Below are positions 28,401-46,400 of a stretch of 64,000 nt of DNA, piece after piece (the first letter of the stretch is position 1; each line of letters starts with the position of its first letter). Position numbers and translations under genes: made by a program. The notes under the pieces were generated by a model that did not search any database, was not told the origin of the DNA, and worked only from the letters and a program-made list of their open reading frames with translations. This DNA comes from Eledone cirrhosa (lineage: Eukaryota). The stretch covers positions 329,964,001-330,028,000 of the forward strand of contig OZ024743.1 of the NCBI GenBank assembly GCA_964016885.1, in the 5' to 3' direction.

Positions 28401-31400
28401 CAAACATCTCAACAACAATAATATCAACAACAACAACAATAAGAACCAAACACCTCAACAACAATAATAGCAACAACAGCAACAATAAGGACCAAACATC
28501 TCAACAACAATAATATCAACAACAACAACAATAAGAACCAAACATCTCAATAACAATAATAGCCACAACAGTAACAATAAGAACCAAACATCTCAACAAC
28601 AATAATATCAACAACAGCAACAATAAGAACCGAACATTTCAACAACAATAATAGCAACAACAGCAACAATGAGAACCAAACATACCAACAACAATAATAT
28701 CAACAACAGCAACAATAAGAACCAAACATCTCAACAACAATAATATCAACAACATCAACAATAAGAACCAAACATCTCAACAACAATAATATCAACAACA
28801 GCAATAATAAGAACCAAACATCTCAACACCAATAATATCAACAACAACAACAATAAGAACCAAACATCTCAACAACAATAATATCAACAACAACAATAAG
28901 AACCAAACATCTCAACAACAATAATAGCAACAACAGCAACAATAAGAACCAAACATCTCAAAAACAATAATAGCAACAACAACAACAATAAGAACCAAAC
29001 ATCTCAACAACAATAATAGCAACAACAGCAACAATAAGAACCAAACATCTCAAAAACAATAATAGCAACAAAAACAACAATAAGAACCAAACATCTCAAC
29101 AACAATAATAGCAACAACAACAACAATAAGAACCAAACATCTCAACAACAATAATATCAACAACAGCAACAATAAGAACCAAACATCTCAACAACAATAA
29201 TAGCAACAACAGCAACAATAATAACCAAACATCACAACAACAATAATAGCAACAACAGCAACACAAATAACCAAACATCTCAACAACAATAATATCAACA
29301 ACAACAACATTAAGAACCAAACATCTCAACAACAATAAAAGCAACAACAGCAACAATAAGAACCAAACACCTCAACAACAATAATAGCAACAACAGCAAC
29401 AAAAATAACCAAACATCTCAACAACAATAATAGCAACAACAGCAACAAAAATAACCAAACATCTCAACAATAATAATAGCAACATCAGCAACAAAAATAA
29501 CCAAACATCTCAACAACAATAATAGCAACAACAGCAACAAAAATAACCAAACATCTCAACAACAATAATAGCAACAACAGCAACAAAAATAACCAAACAT
29601 CTCAACAACAATAATAGCAACAACAGCAACAAAAATAACCAAACATCTCAACAACAATAATATAAACAACAACAACATTAAGAATCAAACATCTCAACAA
29701 AAATAATATCAACAACAACAACAATAAGAACCAAACACCTCAACAACAATAATAGCAACAACAGCAACAATAAGAAGCAAACATCTCAACAACAATAATA
29801 GCAACAACAGCAACAATAATAACCAAAAATCTCAACAACAATAATAGCAACAACAGCAACAATAAGAACCAAACATCACAACAACAATAATAGCAACAAC
29901 AGCAACAATAATAACCAAACATATCAACAACAATAATAGCAAAAACAACAGCAACAATAATAACCAAATATCTCAACAACAATAATAGCAACAACAGAAA
30001 CAATAATAAATAAACATCCCAACAACAATAATATCAACAATAGCAACAATAAGAACCAAACATCTCAACAACAATAATATCAGCAACAACAATAAGAACC
30101 AAACATCTCAACAACAATAATTTCAACAACAACAACAATAAGAACCAAATATCTCAACAACATTAATAGCACACAACGGCCACAATAAGAACCAAACATC
30201 TCAACAACAATAGTAGCAACAACAGCAACAATAAGAACCAAACATCTCAACCACAATAATATCAACAAGAACAACAATAAGAACAAAACATCTCAACAAC
30301 AATAATAGCAACAACAGCAACAATAAGAACCAAACATCTCAACCACAATAATATCAACAGCAACAACAATAAGAACCTAACATCTCAACAACAATAATAG
30401 CAACAGCAGCAACAATAAGAACCAAACATCTCAACAACAATAATATCAACAACAACAAAAATAAGAACCAAACACCTCAACAACAATAATAGCAACAACA
30501 GCAACAATAAGAACCAAACATCACAACAACAATAATAGCCACAACAGCAACAATAATAAACCTAACATCTCAACAACAATAATAGCAACAACAGCAACAA
30601 TAATAACCAAACATCTCAACAACAATAATAGCAACAACAGCAACAATAATAAATAAACATCCCAACAACAATAACATCAACAACAGCAACAATAAGAACC
30701 AAACATCTCAACAACAATAATATCAACAACAACAATAAGAACCAAACATCTCAACAACAATATTAGCAACAACAACAACAATAAGAACCAAATATCTCAA
30801 CAACAATAATAGCAACAACAGCAACAATAAGAACCAAACATCTCAACAACAATCATAGCAACAACAGCAACAATAAGAACCAAACATCTCAACCACAATA
30901 ATATCAACAAGAACAACAATAAGAACCAAACATCTCAACAACAATAATAGCAACAACAGCAACAATAAGAACCAAATATCTCAACAACAATAATATCAAC
31001 AACAGCAACAATAAGAACCAAACAACTCAACAACAATAATATCAACAACAACAACAATAAGAACCAAACATCTCAACAACAATAACATCAACAACAACAA
31101 CAATAAGAACCAAACATCTGAACAACAATAACATCAACAACAATAACAATAAGAAACAAACACCTCAACAACAATAATATCAACAACAACACCAATAAGA
31201 ACCAAACATCTCAACAACAATATTAGCAACAACAGCAACAATAAGGACCAAACATCTCAACAACAATAATATCAACAACAACAACAATAAGAACCAAACA
31301 TCTCGACAACAATAATAGCAACAACAGCAACAATAAGGACCAAACATCTCAACAACAATAATATCAACAACAACAACAATAAGAACCAAACATCTCAACA

Positions 31401-34400
31401 ACAATCATAGTAACAACAGCAACAATAAGAAACAAACATCTCAACAACAATAATAGTAACAACAGCAACAATAAGAACCAAACATCTCAACAACAATAAT
31501 ATCAACAACAACAAAAATAAGAACCAAACACCTCAACAACAATAATAGCAACAACAGCAACAATAAGAACCAAACATCACAACAACAATAATAGCCACAA
31601 CAGCAACAATAATAAACCTAACATCTCAACAACAATAATAGCAACAACAGCAACAATAATAACCAAACATCTCAACAACAATAATAGCAACAACAGCAAC
31701 AATAATAAATAAACATCCCAACAACAATAATATCAACAACAGCAACAATAAGAACCAAACATCTCAACAACAATAATATCAACAACAACAATAAGAACCA
31801 AACATCTCAACAACAATATTAGCAACAACAACAACAATAAGAACCAAATATCTCAACAACAATAAATTCAACAACAACAACAATAAGAACCAAATATCTC
31901 AACAACAATAATAGCAACAACAGCAACAATAAGAACCAAACATCTCAACAACAATAATAGCAACAACAGCAACAATAAGAACCAAACATCTCAACCACAA
32001 TAATATCAACAAGAACAACAATAAGAACCAAACATCTCAACAACAATAATAGCAACAACAGCAACAATAAGAACCAAATATCTCAACAACAATAATATGA
32101 ACAACAGCAACAATAAGAACCAAACAACTCAACAATAATAATATCAACAACAACAAAAATAAGAACCAAACATCTCAACAACAATAACATCAACAACAAC
32201 AACAATAAGAACCAAACATCTGAACAACAATAACATCAACAACAATAACAATAAGAAACAAACATCTCAACAACAATAATATCAACAACAACACCAATAA
32301 GAACCAAACATCTCAACAACAATATTAGCAACAACAGCAACAATAAGGACCAAACATCTCAACAACAATAATATCAACAACAACAACAATAAGAACCAAA
32401 CATCTCAACAACAATAATAGTAACAACAGCAACAATAAGAAACAAACATCTCAACAACAATAATAGTAACAACAGCAACAATAAGAACCAAACATCTCAA
32501 CAACAATAATAGCAACAACAGCAATAAGAACCAAATATCTCAACAACAATAATGTCAACAACAGCAACAATAAGAACCAAACATCTCAACAACAATAATA
32601 GCAACAACAACAACAATAAGAACCAAACATCTCAACAACAATAATAGCAACAACAGCAACAATAAGGACCAAACATCTCAACAACAATAATATCAACAAC
32701 AACAACAATAAGAACCAAACATCTCAACAACAAACATAGTAACAACAGCAACAATAAGAAACAAACATCTCAACAACAATAATAGTAACAACAGCAACAA
32801 TAAGAACCAAACATCTCAACAACAATAATATCAACAACAACAATAAGAACCAAATATCTCAACAACAATAATGACAACAACAGCAACAATAAGAACCAAA
32901 CATCTCAACAACAATAATAGCAACAACAACAACAATAAGAACCAAACATCTCAACAACAGTAATAGCAACAACAACAACAATAAGAACCAAACATCTCAA
33001 CAACAAAAATAGCAACAACAACAACAATAAGAACGAAACATCTCAACAACAATAATATCAACAACAACAAAAAATAAGAACCAAACATCTCAACAACAAT
33101 AATAGCAACAACAGCAACAATAAGAACCAAACATCTCAACAACAATAATATCAACAACAACAACAATAAGAACCAAACATCTCAACAACAATTTAGCAAC
33201 AACAGCAACACTAAGAACCAAACATCTCAACAACAATAATATCAACAACAACAACAATAAGAACCAAACATCTCAACAACAATATTAGCAACACCAGCAA
33301 CAATAAGAACCAAAGATCTCAACAACAATAATATCAACAACAACAACAATAAGAACCAAACATCTCAACAACAATAATATCAACAACAACAACAACAATA
33401 AGAAGCAACATCTCAACAACAATAATATCAACAACAACAACAATAAGAACCAAACATCTCAACAACAATAATAGCAACAACAGAAACAATAAGAACAAAA
33501 CATCTCAACAACAATAATATCAACAACAACAACAATAAGAACCAAACATCTCAACAAAAATAACATCAACAACAACAACAATGTGAAACAAACATCTCAA
33601 CAACAATAATATCAACAACAACACCAATAAGAACCAAACATCTCAACAACAATATTAGCAACAGCAGCAACAATAAGAACCAAACATCCCAACAACAATA
33701 ATATCAAAAACAACAACAATAAGAATCAAACATCTCAACAATAATAATATCAACAACAGCAACATTAAGAATCAAACATCTCAACAACAATAATATCAAC
33801 AACAACAACAATAAGAACCAAACATCTCAATAACAATAATAGCCATAACAGTAACAATAAGAACCAAACATCTCAACAACAATAATATCAACAACGGCAA
33901 CAATAAGAACCGAACATCTCAACAACAATAATAGCAACAACAGCAACAATGAGAACCAAACATATCAACAACAATAATATCAACAACAGCAACAATAAGA
34001 ACCAAACATCTCAACAACAATAATATCAACAACAGCAACAATAAGAACCAAACATCTCAACAACAATAATATCAACAACAGCAACAATAAGAACCAAACA
34101 TCTCAACAACAATAATATCAACAACAACAAAAATAAGAACAAAAACATCTCAACAACAATAATATCAACAACAACAATAAGAACCAAACATCTCAACAAC
34201 AATAATAGCAACAACAGCAACAATAAGAACCAAACCTCTCAAAAACAATAATAGCAACAACAACAACAATAAGAACCAAAAATCTCAACAACAATAATAG
34301 CAACAAAAGCAACAATAAGAAGCAAACATCTCAACAACAGTAATAACTACAACAGCAACAATAAGAACCAAACATCACAACAACAATAATAGCAACAACA

Positions 34401-37400
34401 GCAACAAAAATAACCAAATATCTCAACAACAATAATATCAACAACGGCAACAATATGAACCAAACATCTCAACAACAATAATAGCAACAACAGCAACAAT
34501 AAGAAGCAAACATCTCAACAACAATAATAGCAACAACAGCAACAATAAGAACCAAACATCTCAACAACAATATTAGCAACAACTGCAACAATAAAAACCA
34601 AACATCCCAACAACAATAATATCAACAACAACAACAATAAGAACCAAACATCTCAACAACAATAATAGCAACAACAGCAACATTAAGAATCAAACATCTC
34701 AACAAAAATAATATCAACAACAACAACAATAAGAACCAAACACCTCAACAACAATAATAGCAACAACAGCAACAATAACGACCAAACATCTCAACAACAA
34801 TAATATAAACAACAACAACAATAAGAACCAAATATCTCAACAACAATAATAGCAACAACAGCAACAATAAGAAGCAAACATCTCAACAACAATAATAGCA
34901 ACAACAGCAACAATAATAACCAAACATCTCAACAACAATAATAGCAACAACAGCAACAATAAGAACCAAACACACAACAACAATAATAGCAACAACAGCA
35001 ACAATAAGAACCAAACATCTCAACAACAATAATAGCAACAACAGCAACAATAAGAACCAAACATCACAACAACAATAATAACCAAACATCTCAACAACAA
35101 TAATAGCAACAACAGCAACAATAATAACCAAACATCTCAACAACAATAATAGCAACAACAGCAACAATAAGAACCAAACATCACAACAACAATAATAACC
35201 AAACATCTCAACAACAATAATAGCAACAACAGCAACAATAATAACCAAACATGTCAACAACAATAATAGCAACAACAGCAACAATAATAACCAAACATCT
35301 CAACAACAATAATAGCAACAATAGCAACAATAAGAACCAAACATCACAACAACAATAATAGCAACAACGGCAACAATAAGAACCAAACATCTCAACAACA
35401 ATAATAGCAACAACAGCAACAATAAGATCCAAACATCACAACAACAATAATAACCAAACATCTCAACAACAATAATAGCAACAACAGCAACAATAATAAC
35501 CAAACATCTCAACAACGATAATAGCAACAACAGCAACAATAAGAACCAAACATCACCACAACAATAATAACCAAACATCTCAACAACAATAATAGCAACA
35601 ACAGCAACAATAATAACCAAACATCTCAACAACAATAATAGCAACAACAGCAACAATAGGAACCAAACATCACAACAACAATAATAGCAACAACAGCAAC
35701 AATAAGAACGAAACATTTCAACAACAATAATAGCAACAACAGCAACAATAAGAACCAAACATCACAACAACAATAATAACCAAACATCTCAACAACAATA
35801 ATAGCAACAACAGCAACAATAATAACCAAACATCTCAACAACAATAATAGCAACAACAGCAACAATAAGAAGCAAACATCTCAACAACAATAATAGCAAC
35901 AACAGCAACAATAGTAACCAAACATCTCAACAACAATAATAGCAACAACAGCAACAATAAGAACCAAACATCACAACAACAATAATAGCAACAACAGCAA
36001 CAATAATAACCAAACATCTCAACAACAATAATAGCAACAACAGCAACAATAATAACCAAACATCTCAACAACAATAATAGCAACAACAGCAACAATTAGA
36101 ACCAAACATCACAACAACAATAATAACCAAACATCTCAACAACAATAATAGCAACAACAGCAACAATAAGAACCAAACATCACAACAACAATAATAACCA
36201 AACATCTCAACAACAATAATAGCAACAACAGCAACAATAATAACCAAACATCTCAACAACAATAATAGCAACAACAGCAACAATAATAAATAAACATCTC
36301 AACAACAATAATAGCAACAACAGCAACAATAATAACCAAACATCTCAACAACAATAATAGCAACAACAGCAACAATAAGAACCAAACATCACAACAACAA
36401 TAATAACCAAACATCTCAACAACAATAATAGCAACAACAGCAACAATAATAACCAAACATCTCAACAAAAATAATAGCAACAACAGCAACAATAAGAACC
36501 AAACACCACAACAACAATAATAACCAAACATCCCAACAACAATAATAGCAACAACAGCAACAATAAGAACCAAACCTCTCAAAAACAATAATAGCAACAA
36601 CAACAACAATAAGAACCAAAAATCTCAACAACAATAATAGCAACAAAAGCAACAATAAGAAGCAAACATCTCAACAACAATAATAACTACAACAGCAACA
36701 ATAAGAACCAAACATCACAACAACAATAATAGCAACAACAGCAACAAAAATAACCAAACATCTCAACAACAATAGTATCAACAACGGCAACAATATGAAC
36801 CAAACATCTCAACAACAATAATATAAACAACAACAACAATAAGAACCAAATATCTCAACAACAATAATAGCAACAGCAACAATAAGAAGCAAACATCTCA
36901 ACAACAATAATAGCAACAACAGCAACAATAATAACCAAACATCTCAACAACAATAATAGCAACAACAGCAACAATAATAACCAAACATCTCAACAACAAT
37001 AATAGCAACAACAGCAACAATAATAAATAAACATCTCAACAACAATAATAGCAACAACAGCAACAATAATAACCAAACATCTCAACAACAATAATAGCAA
37101 CAACAGCAACAATAAGAACCAAACATCACAACAACAATAATAACCAAACATCTCAACAACAATAATAGCAACAACAGCAACAATAATAACCAAACATCTC
37201 AACAAAAATAATAGCAACAACAGCAACAATAAGAACCAAACACCACAACAACAATAATAACCAAACATCCCAACAACAATAATAGCAACAACAGCAACAA
37301 TAAGAACCAAACCTCTCAACAACAATAATAACTACAACAGCAACAATAAGAACCAAACATCACAACAACAATAATAGCAACAACAGCAACAAAAATAACC

Positions 37401-40400
37401 AAACATCTCAACAACAATAGTATCAACAACGGCAACAATAACGACCAAACATCTCAACAACAATAATATAAACAACAACAACAATAAGAACCAAATATCT
37501 CAACAACAATAATAGCAACAGCAACAATAAGAAGCAAACATCTCAACAACAATAATAGCAACAACAGCAACAATAATAACCAAACATCTCAACAACAATA
37601 ATAGCAACAACAGCAACAATAAGAACCAAACATCACAACAACAATAATAGCAACAACAGCAACAATAAGAACCAAACATCTCAACAACAATAATAGCAAC
37701 AACAGCAACAATAAGAACCAAACATCACAACAACAATAATAACCAAACATCTCAACAACAATAATAGCAACAACAGCAACAATAATAACCAAACATCTCA
37801 ACAACAATAATAGCAACAACAGCAACAACAAGAACCAAACATCACAACAACAATAATAACCAAAAATCTCAACAACAATAATAGCAACAACAGCAACAAT
37901 AATAACCAAACATGTCAACAACAATAATAGCAACAACAGCAACAATAATAACCAAACATCTCAACAACAATAATAGCAACAACAGCAACAATAAGAACCA
38001 AACATCACAACAACAATAATAGCAACAACAGCAACAATAAGAACCAAACATCTCAACAACAATAATACCAACAACAGCAAGAATAAGATCCAAACATCAC
38101 AACAACAATAATAACCAAACATCTCAACAACAATAATATCAACAACAGAAACAATAATAACCAAACATCTCAACAACAATAATAGCAACAACATCAACAA
38201 TAAGAACCAAACATCACAACAACAATAATAACCAAACATCTCAACAACAATAATAGCAACAACAGCAACAATAATAGCAACAACAGCAACAATAAGAACC
38301 AAACATCACAACAACAATAATAGCAACAACAGCAACAATAAGAACCAAACATCTCAACAACAATAATAGCAACAACAGCAACAATAAGAACCAAACATCA
38401 CAACAACAATAGTAACCAAACATCTCAACAACAATAATAGCAACAACAGCAACAATAAGAACCAAACATCACAACAACAATAATAGCAACAACAGCAACA
38501 ATAATAAGCAAACATCTCAACAACAATAATAGCAACAACAGCAACAATAAGAACCAAACATCACAACAACAATAATAACCAAACATCTCAACAACAATAA
38601 TAGCAACAACAGCAACAATAATAACCAAACATCTCAACAACAATAATAGCAACAACAGCAACAATTAGAACCAAACATCACAACAACAATAATAACCAAA
38701 CATCTCAACAACAATAATAGCAACAACAGCAACAATAAGAACCAAACATCACAACAACAATAATAACCAAACATCTCAACAACAATAATAGCAACAACAG
38801 CAACAATAATAACCAAACATCTCAACAACAATAATAGCAACAACAGCAACAATAATAAATAAACATCTCAACAACAATAATAGCAACAACAGCAACAATA
38901 ATAACCAAACATCTCAACAACAATAATAGCAACAACAGCAACAATAAGAACCAAACATCACAACAACAATAATAACCAAACATCTCAACAACAATAATAG
39001 TAACAACAGCAACAATAATAACCAAACATCTCAACTACAATAATAGCAACAACAGCAACAATAAGAACCAAACACCACAAAAACAATAATAACCAAACAT
39101 CCCAACAACAATAATATCAACAACAGCAACAATAAGAACCAAACATCTCAACAACAATAATATCAACAACAACAATAAGAACCAAACATCTCAACAAAAA
39201 TATTAGCAACGGCAGCAACAATAAGAACCAAACATCTCAACAACAATAATTTCAACAACAACAATAAGAACCAAATATCTCAACAACAATAATAGCAACA
39301 ACAGCCACAATAAGAACCAAACATCTCAACAACAATAATAGCAACAACAGCCACAATAAGAACCAAACATCTCAATAACAATAATATCAACAAGAACAAC
39401 AATAAGAACTAAACATCTCAACAACAATAATAGCAACAACAGCAACAATAAAAACCAAACATCTCAACCACAATAATATCAACAGCAACAACAATAAGAA
39501 CCTAACATCTCAACAACAATAATAGCAACAGCAGCAACAATAAGAACCAAACATCTCAACAACAATAATATCAACAACAACACCAATAAGAACCAAACAC
39601 CTCAACAACAATAATATCAACAACAACAACAACAATAAGAACCAAACATCTCAACAACAAAAATAGCAACAACAACAACAATAAGAACAAAACATCTCAA
39701 CAACAATAATATCAACAACAACAAAAAATAAGAACCAAACATCTCAACAACAATAATAGCAACAACAGCAACAATAAGAACCAAACATCTCAACAACAAT
39801 AATATCAACAACAACAACAATAAGAACCAAACATCTCAACAACAATTTAGCAACAACAGCAACAATAAGAACCAAACATCTCAACAACAATATTATCAAA
39901 AACAACAACAATAAGAACCAAACATCTCAACAACAATATTAGCAACACTAGCAACAATAAGACCCAAAGATCTCAACAACAATAATATCAACAACAACAA
40001 CAATAAGAACCAAACATCTCAACAACGATAAGAACCAAACATCTCAACAACAATAATATCAACAACAACAACAACAATAAGAAGCAACATCTCAACAACA
40101 ATAATATCAACAACAACAACAATAAGAACCAAACATCTCAACAACAATAATAGCAACAACAGAAACAATAAGAACAAAACATCTCAACAACAATAATATG
40201 AACAACAACAACAATAAGAACCAAACATCTCAACAACAATAACATCAACAACAACAACAATAAGAAACAAACATCTCAACAACAATAATATCAACAACAA
40301 CACCAATAAGAACCAAACATCTCAACAACAATAATAGCAACAACAACAACAATAAGAACCAAATATCTCAACAACAATAATAGCAACAACAGCTACAATA

Positions 40401-43400
40401 AGAACCAAACATCTCAACAACAATAATAGCAACAACAGCAACAATAAGAACCAAACATCTCAACAACAATAATAGCAACAACAACAACAATAAGAATCAA
40501 ACATCTCAACAACAATAATATCAACAACAACAACAATAAGAATCAAACATCTCAACAACAATAATATCAACAACAGCAACAATAAGAACCGAACATCTCA
40601 ACAACAATAATAGCAACAACAGCAACAATGAGAACCAAACATATCAACAACAATAATATCAACAACAGCAACAATAAGAACCAAACATCTCAACAACAAT
40701 AATATCAACAACAGCAACAATAAGAACCAAACATCTCAACAACAATAATATTAACAACAGCAACAATAAGAACCAAACATCTCAACAACAATAATATCAA
40801 CAACAGCAATAATAAGAACCAAACATCTCAACACCAATAATATCAACAACAACAACAACAATAAGAACCAAACATCTCAACAACAATAATATCAACAACA
40901 ACAATAAGAACCAAACATCTCAACAACAATAATAGCAACAACAGCAACAATAAGAACCAAACCTCTCAAAAAAAATAATAGCAACAACAACAACAACAAT
41001 AAGAACCAAAAATCTCAACAACAATAATAGCAACAAAAGCAACAATAAGAAGCAAACATCTCAACAACAATAATAACTACAACAGCAACAATAAGAACCA
41101 AACATCACAACAACAATAATAGCAACAACAGCAACAATAATATCAACAACGGCAACAATAAGAACCAAACATCACAACAACAATAATAGCAACAACAGCA
41201 ACAAAAATAACCAAACATCTCAACAACAATAATATCAACAACAGCAACAAAAATAACCAAACATCTCAACAACAATAATAGCAACAACAGCAACAATAAG
41301 AACCAAACATCTCAACCACAATAATAGCAACAACAGCAACAATAAAAAACTAAACATCTCAACCACAATAATATCAACAACAACAATAAGAACCTAACAT
41401 CTCAACAAAAATAATAGCAACAACAGCAACAATAATAACCAAACATCTCAACAACAATAATAGCAACAACAGCAACAATAATAAATAAACATCCCAACAA
41501 CAATAATATCAACAACAGCAACAATAAGAACCAAACATCTCAACAACAATAATATAAACAACAACAATAAGAACCAAACATCTCAACAACAATATTAGCA
41601 ACAGCAGCAACAATAAGAACCAAAAATCTCAACAACAATAATTTAAACAACAACAACAATAAGAACCAAATATCTCAACAACAATAATAGCAACAACAGC
41701 AACAATAAGAACCAAACATCACAACAACAATAATAGCAACAACAGCAACAATAATAAGCAAACATCTCAACAACAATAATAGCAACAACAGCAACAATAA
41801 GAACCAAACATCACAACAACAATAATAACCAAACATCTCAACAACAATAATAGCAACAACAGCAACAATAATAACCAAACATCTCAACAACAATAATAGC
41901 AACAACAGCAACAATTAGAACCAAACATCACAACAACAATAATAACCAAACATCTCAACAACAATAATAGCAACAACAGCAACAATAAGAACCAAACATC
42001 ACAACAACAATAATAACCAAACATCTCAACAACAATAATAGCAACAACAGCAACAATAATAACCAAACATCTCAACAACAATAATAGCAACAACAGCAAC
42101 AATAATAAATAAACATCTCAACAACAATAATAGCAACAACAGCAACAATAATAACCAAACATCTCAACAACAATAATAGCAACAACAGCAACAATAAGAA
42201 CCAAACATCACAACAACAATAATAACCAAACATCTCAACAACAATAATAGTAACAACAGCAACAATAATAACCAAACATCTCAACTACAATAATAGCAAC
42301 AACAGCAACAATAAGAACCAAACACCACAAAAACAATAATAACCAAACATCCCAACAACAATAATATCAACAACAGCAACAATAAGAACCAAACATCTCA
42401 ACAACAATAATATCAACAACAACAATAAGAACCAAACATCTCAACAAAAATATTAGCAACGGCAGCAACAATAAGAACCAAACATCTCAACAACAATAAT
42501 TTCAACAACAACAATAAGAACCAAATATCTCAACAACAATAATAGCAACAACAGCCACAATAAGAACCAAACATCTCAACAACAATAATAGCAACAACAG
42601 CCACAATAAGAACCAAACATCTCAATAACAATAATATCAACAAGAACAACAATAAGAACTAAACATCTCAACAACAATAATAGCAACAACAGCAACAATA
42701 AAAACCAAACATCTCAACCACAATAATATCAACAGCAACAACAATAAGAACCTAACATCTCAACAACAATAATAGCAACAGCAGCAACAATAAGAACCAA
42801 ACATCTCAACAACAATAATATCAACAACAACACCAATAAGAACCAAACACCTCAACAACAATAATATCAACAACAACAACAACAATAAGAACCAAACATC
42901 TCAACAACAAAAATAGCAACAACAACAACAATAAGAACAAAACATCTCAACAACAATAATATCAACAACAACAAAAAATAAGAACCAAACATCTCAACAA
43001 CAATAATAGCAACAACAGCAACAATAAGAACCAAACATCTCAACAACAATAATATCAACAACAACAACAATAAGAACCAAACATCTCAACAACAATTTAG
43101 CAACAACAGCAACAATAAGAACCAAACATCTCAACAACAATATTATCAAAAACAACAACAATAAGAACCAAACATCTCAACAACAATATTAGCAACACTA
43201 GCAACAATAAGACCCAAAGATCTCAACAACAATAATATCAACAACAACAACAATAAGAACCAAACATCTCAACAACGATAAGAACCAAACATCTCAACAA
43301 CAATAATATCAACAACAACAACAACAATAAGAAGCAACATCTCAACAACAATAATATCAACAACAACAACAATAAGAACCAAACATCTCAACAACAATAA

Positions 43401-46400
43401 TAGCAACAACAGAAACAATAAGAACAAAACATCTCAACAACAATAATATGAACAACAACAACAATAAGAACCAAACATCTCAACAACAATAACATCAACA
43501 ACAACAACAATAAGAAACAAACATCTCAACAACAATAATATCAACAACAACACCAATAAGAACCAAACATCTCAACAACAATAATAGCAACAACAACAAC
43601 AATAAGAACCAAATATCTCAACAACAATAATAGCAACAACAGCTACAATAAGAACCAAACATCTCAACAACAATAATAGCAACAACAGCAACAATAAGAA
43701 CCAAACATCTCAACAACAATAATAGCAACAACAACAACAATAAGAATCAAACATCTCAACAACAATAATATCAACAACAACAACAATAAGAATCAAACAT
43801 CTCAACAACAATAATATCAACAACAGCAACAATAAGAACCGAACATCTCAACAACAATAATAGCAACAACAGCAACAATGAGAACCAAACATATCAACAA
43901 CAATAATATCAACAACAGCAACAATAAGAACCAAACATCTCAACAACAATAATATCAACAACAGCAACAATAAGAACCAAACATCTCAACAACAATAATA
44001 TTAACAACAGCAACAATAAGAACCAAACATCTCAACAACAATAATATCAACAACAGCAATAATAAGAACCAAACATCTCAACACCAATAATATCAACAAC
44101 AACAACAACAATAAGAACCAAACATCTCAACAACAATAATATCAACAACAACAATAAGAACCAAACATCTCAACAACAATAATAGCAACAACAGCAACAA
44201 TAAGAACCAAACCTCTCAAAAAAAATAATAGCAACAACAACAACAACAATAAGAACCAAAAATCTCAACAACAATAATAGCAACAAAAGCAACAATAAGA
44301 AGCAAACATCTCAACAACAATAATAACTACAACAGCAACAATAAGAACCAAACATCACAACAACAATAATAGCAACAACAGCAACAATAATATCAACAAC
44401 GGCAACAATAAGAACCAAACATCACAACAACAATAATAGCAACAACAGCAACAAAAATAACCAAACATCTCAACAACAATAATATCAACAACAGCAACAA
44501 AAATAACCAAACATCTCAACAACAATAATAGCAACAACAGCAACAATAAGAACCAAACATCTCAACCACAATAATAGCAACAACAGCAACAATAAAAAAC
44601 TAAACATCTCAACCACAATAATATCAACAACAACAATAAGAACCTAACATCTCAACAAAAATAATAGCAACAACAGCAACAATAATAACCAAACATCTCA
44701 ACAACAATAATAGCAACAACAGCAACAATAATAAATAAACATCCCAACAACAATAATATCAACAACAGCAACAATAAGAACCAAACATCTCAACAACAAT
44801 AATATAAACAACAACAATAAGAACCAAACATCTCAACAACAATATTAGCAACAGCAGCAACAATAAGAACCAAAAATCTCAACAACAATAATTTAAACAA
44901 CAACAACAATAAGAACCAAATATCTCAACAACAATAATAGCAACAACAGCTACAATAAGAACCAAACATCTCAACAACAATAATAGCAACAACAGCAACA
45001 ATAAGAACCAAACATCTCAACAACAATAATATCAACAACAGCAACAATAAGAACCAAACATCTCAACAACAATAATAGCAACAACAACAACAATAATAAC
45101 CAAACATCTCAACAACAATAATATCAACAACAACAACAATAAGAACCAAACATCTCAACAACAATAATAGCAACAACAGCAACAATAAGAACCAAACATC
45201 TCAACAACAATAATATCAACAACAGCAACAATAAGAACCAAACATCTCAACAACAGTAATAGCAACAACAACAACAATAATAACCAAACATCTCAACAAC
45301 AATAATAGCAACAACAGCAACAATAATAACCAAACATCTCAACAACAATAATAGCAACAACAGCAACAATAATAACCAGACATCTCAACAACAATAATAT
45401 CAACAACAGCAACAATAAGAACCAAACATCTCAACAACAATAATAGCAACAACAACAACAATAATAACCAAACATCTCAACAACAATAATATCAACAACA
45501 GCAACAATAATAACCAAACATCTCAACAACAATAATAACCAAACATCTCAACAACAATAATAGCAACAACAACAACAATAATAACTAAACATCTCAACAA
45601 CAATAAAAGCAACAACAGCAACAATAATAACCAAACATCTCAACAACAATAATATCAACAACAGCAACAATAATAACCAAACATCTCAACAACAATAATA
45701 GCAACAACAGCAACAATAATAACCAAACATCTCAACAACAATAATAGCAACAACAACAACAATAAGAACCAAACATCTCAACAACAATAAAAGCAACAAC
45801 AGCAACAATAATAACCAAACATCTCAACAACAATAATAGCAACAACAGCAACAATAGTAACCAAACATCTCAACAACAATAATAGCAACAACAGCAACAA
45901 TAATAACCAAACATCTCAACAACAATAATATCAACAACAGCAACAATAATAACCAAACATCTCAACAACAATAATATCAACAATAGCAACAATAATAACC
46001 AAACACCTCAACAACAATAATATCAACAACAGCAACAATAAGAACCAAACATCTCAACAACAATAATAGCAACAACAACAACAATAATAACCAAACATCT
46101 CAACAACAATAAAATTAACAACAGCAACAATAATAACCAAACATCTCAACAACAATAATAGCAACAACAGCAACAATAATAACCAAACATCTCAACAACA
46201 ATAATATTAACAACAACAACAATAATAACCAAACATCTCAACAACAATAATATCAACAACAGCAACAATAATAACCAAACATCTCAACAACAATAATATC
46301 AACAACAGCTACAATAATAACCAAACATCTCAACAACAATAATATCAACAACAGCAACAATAATAACCAAACATCTCAACAACAATAATATCAACAACAG

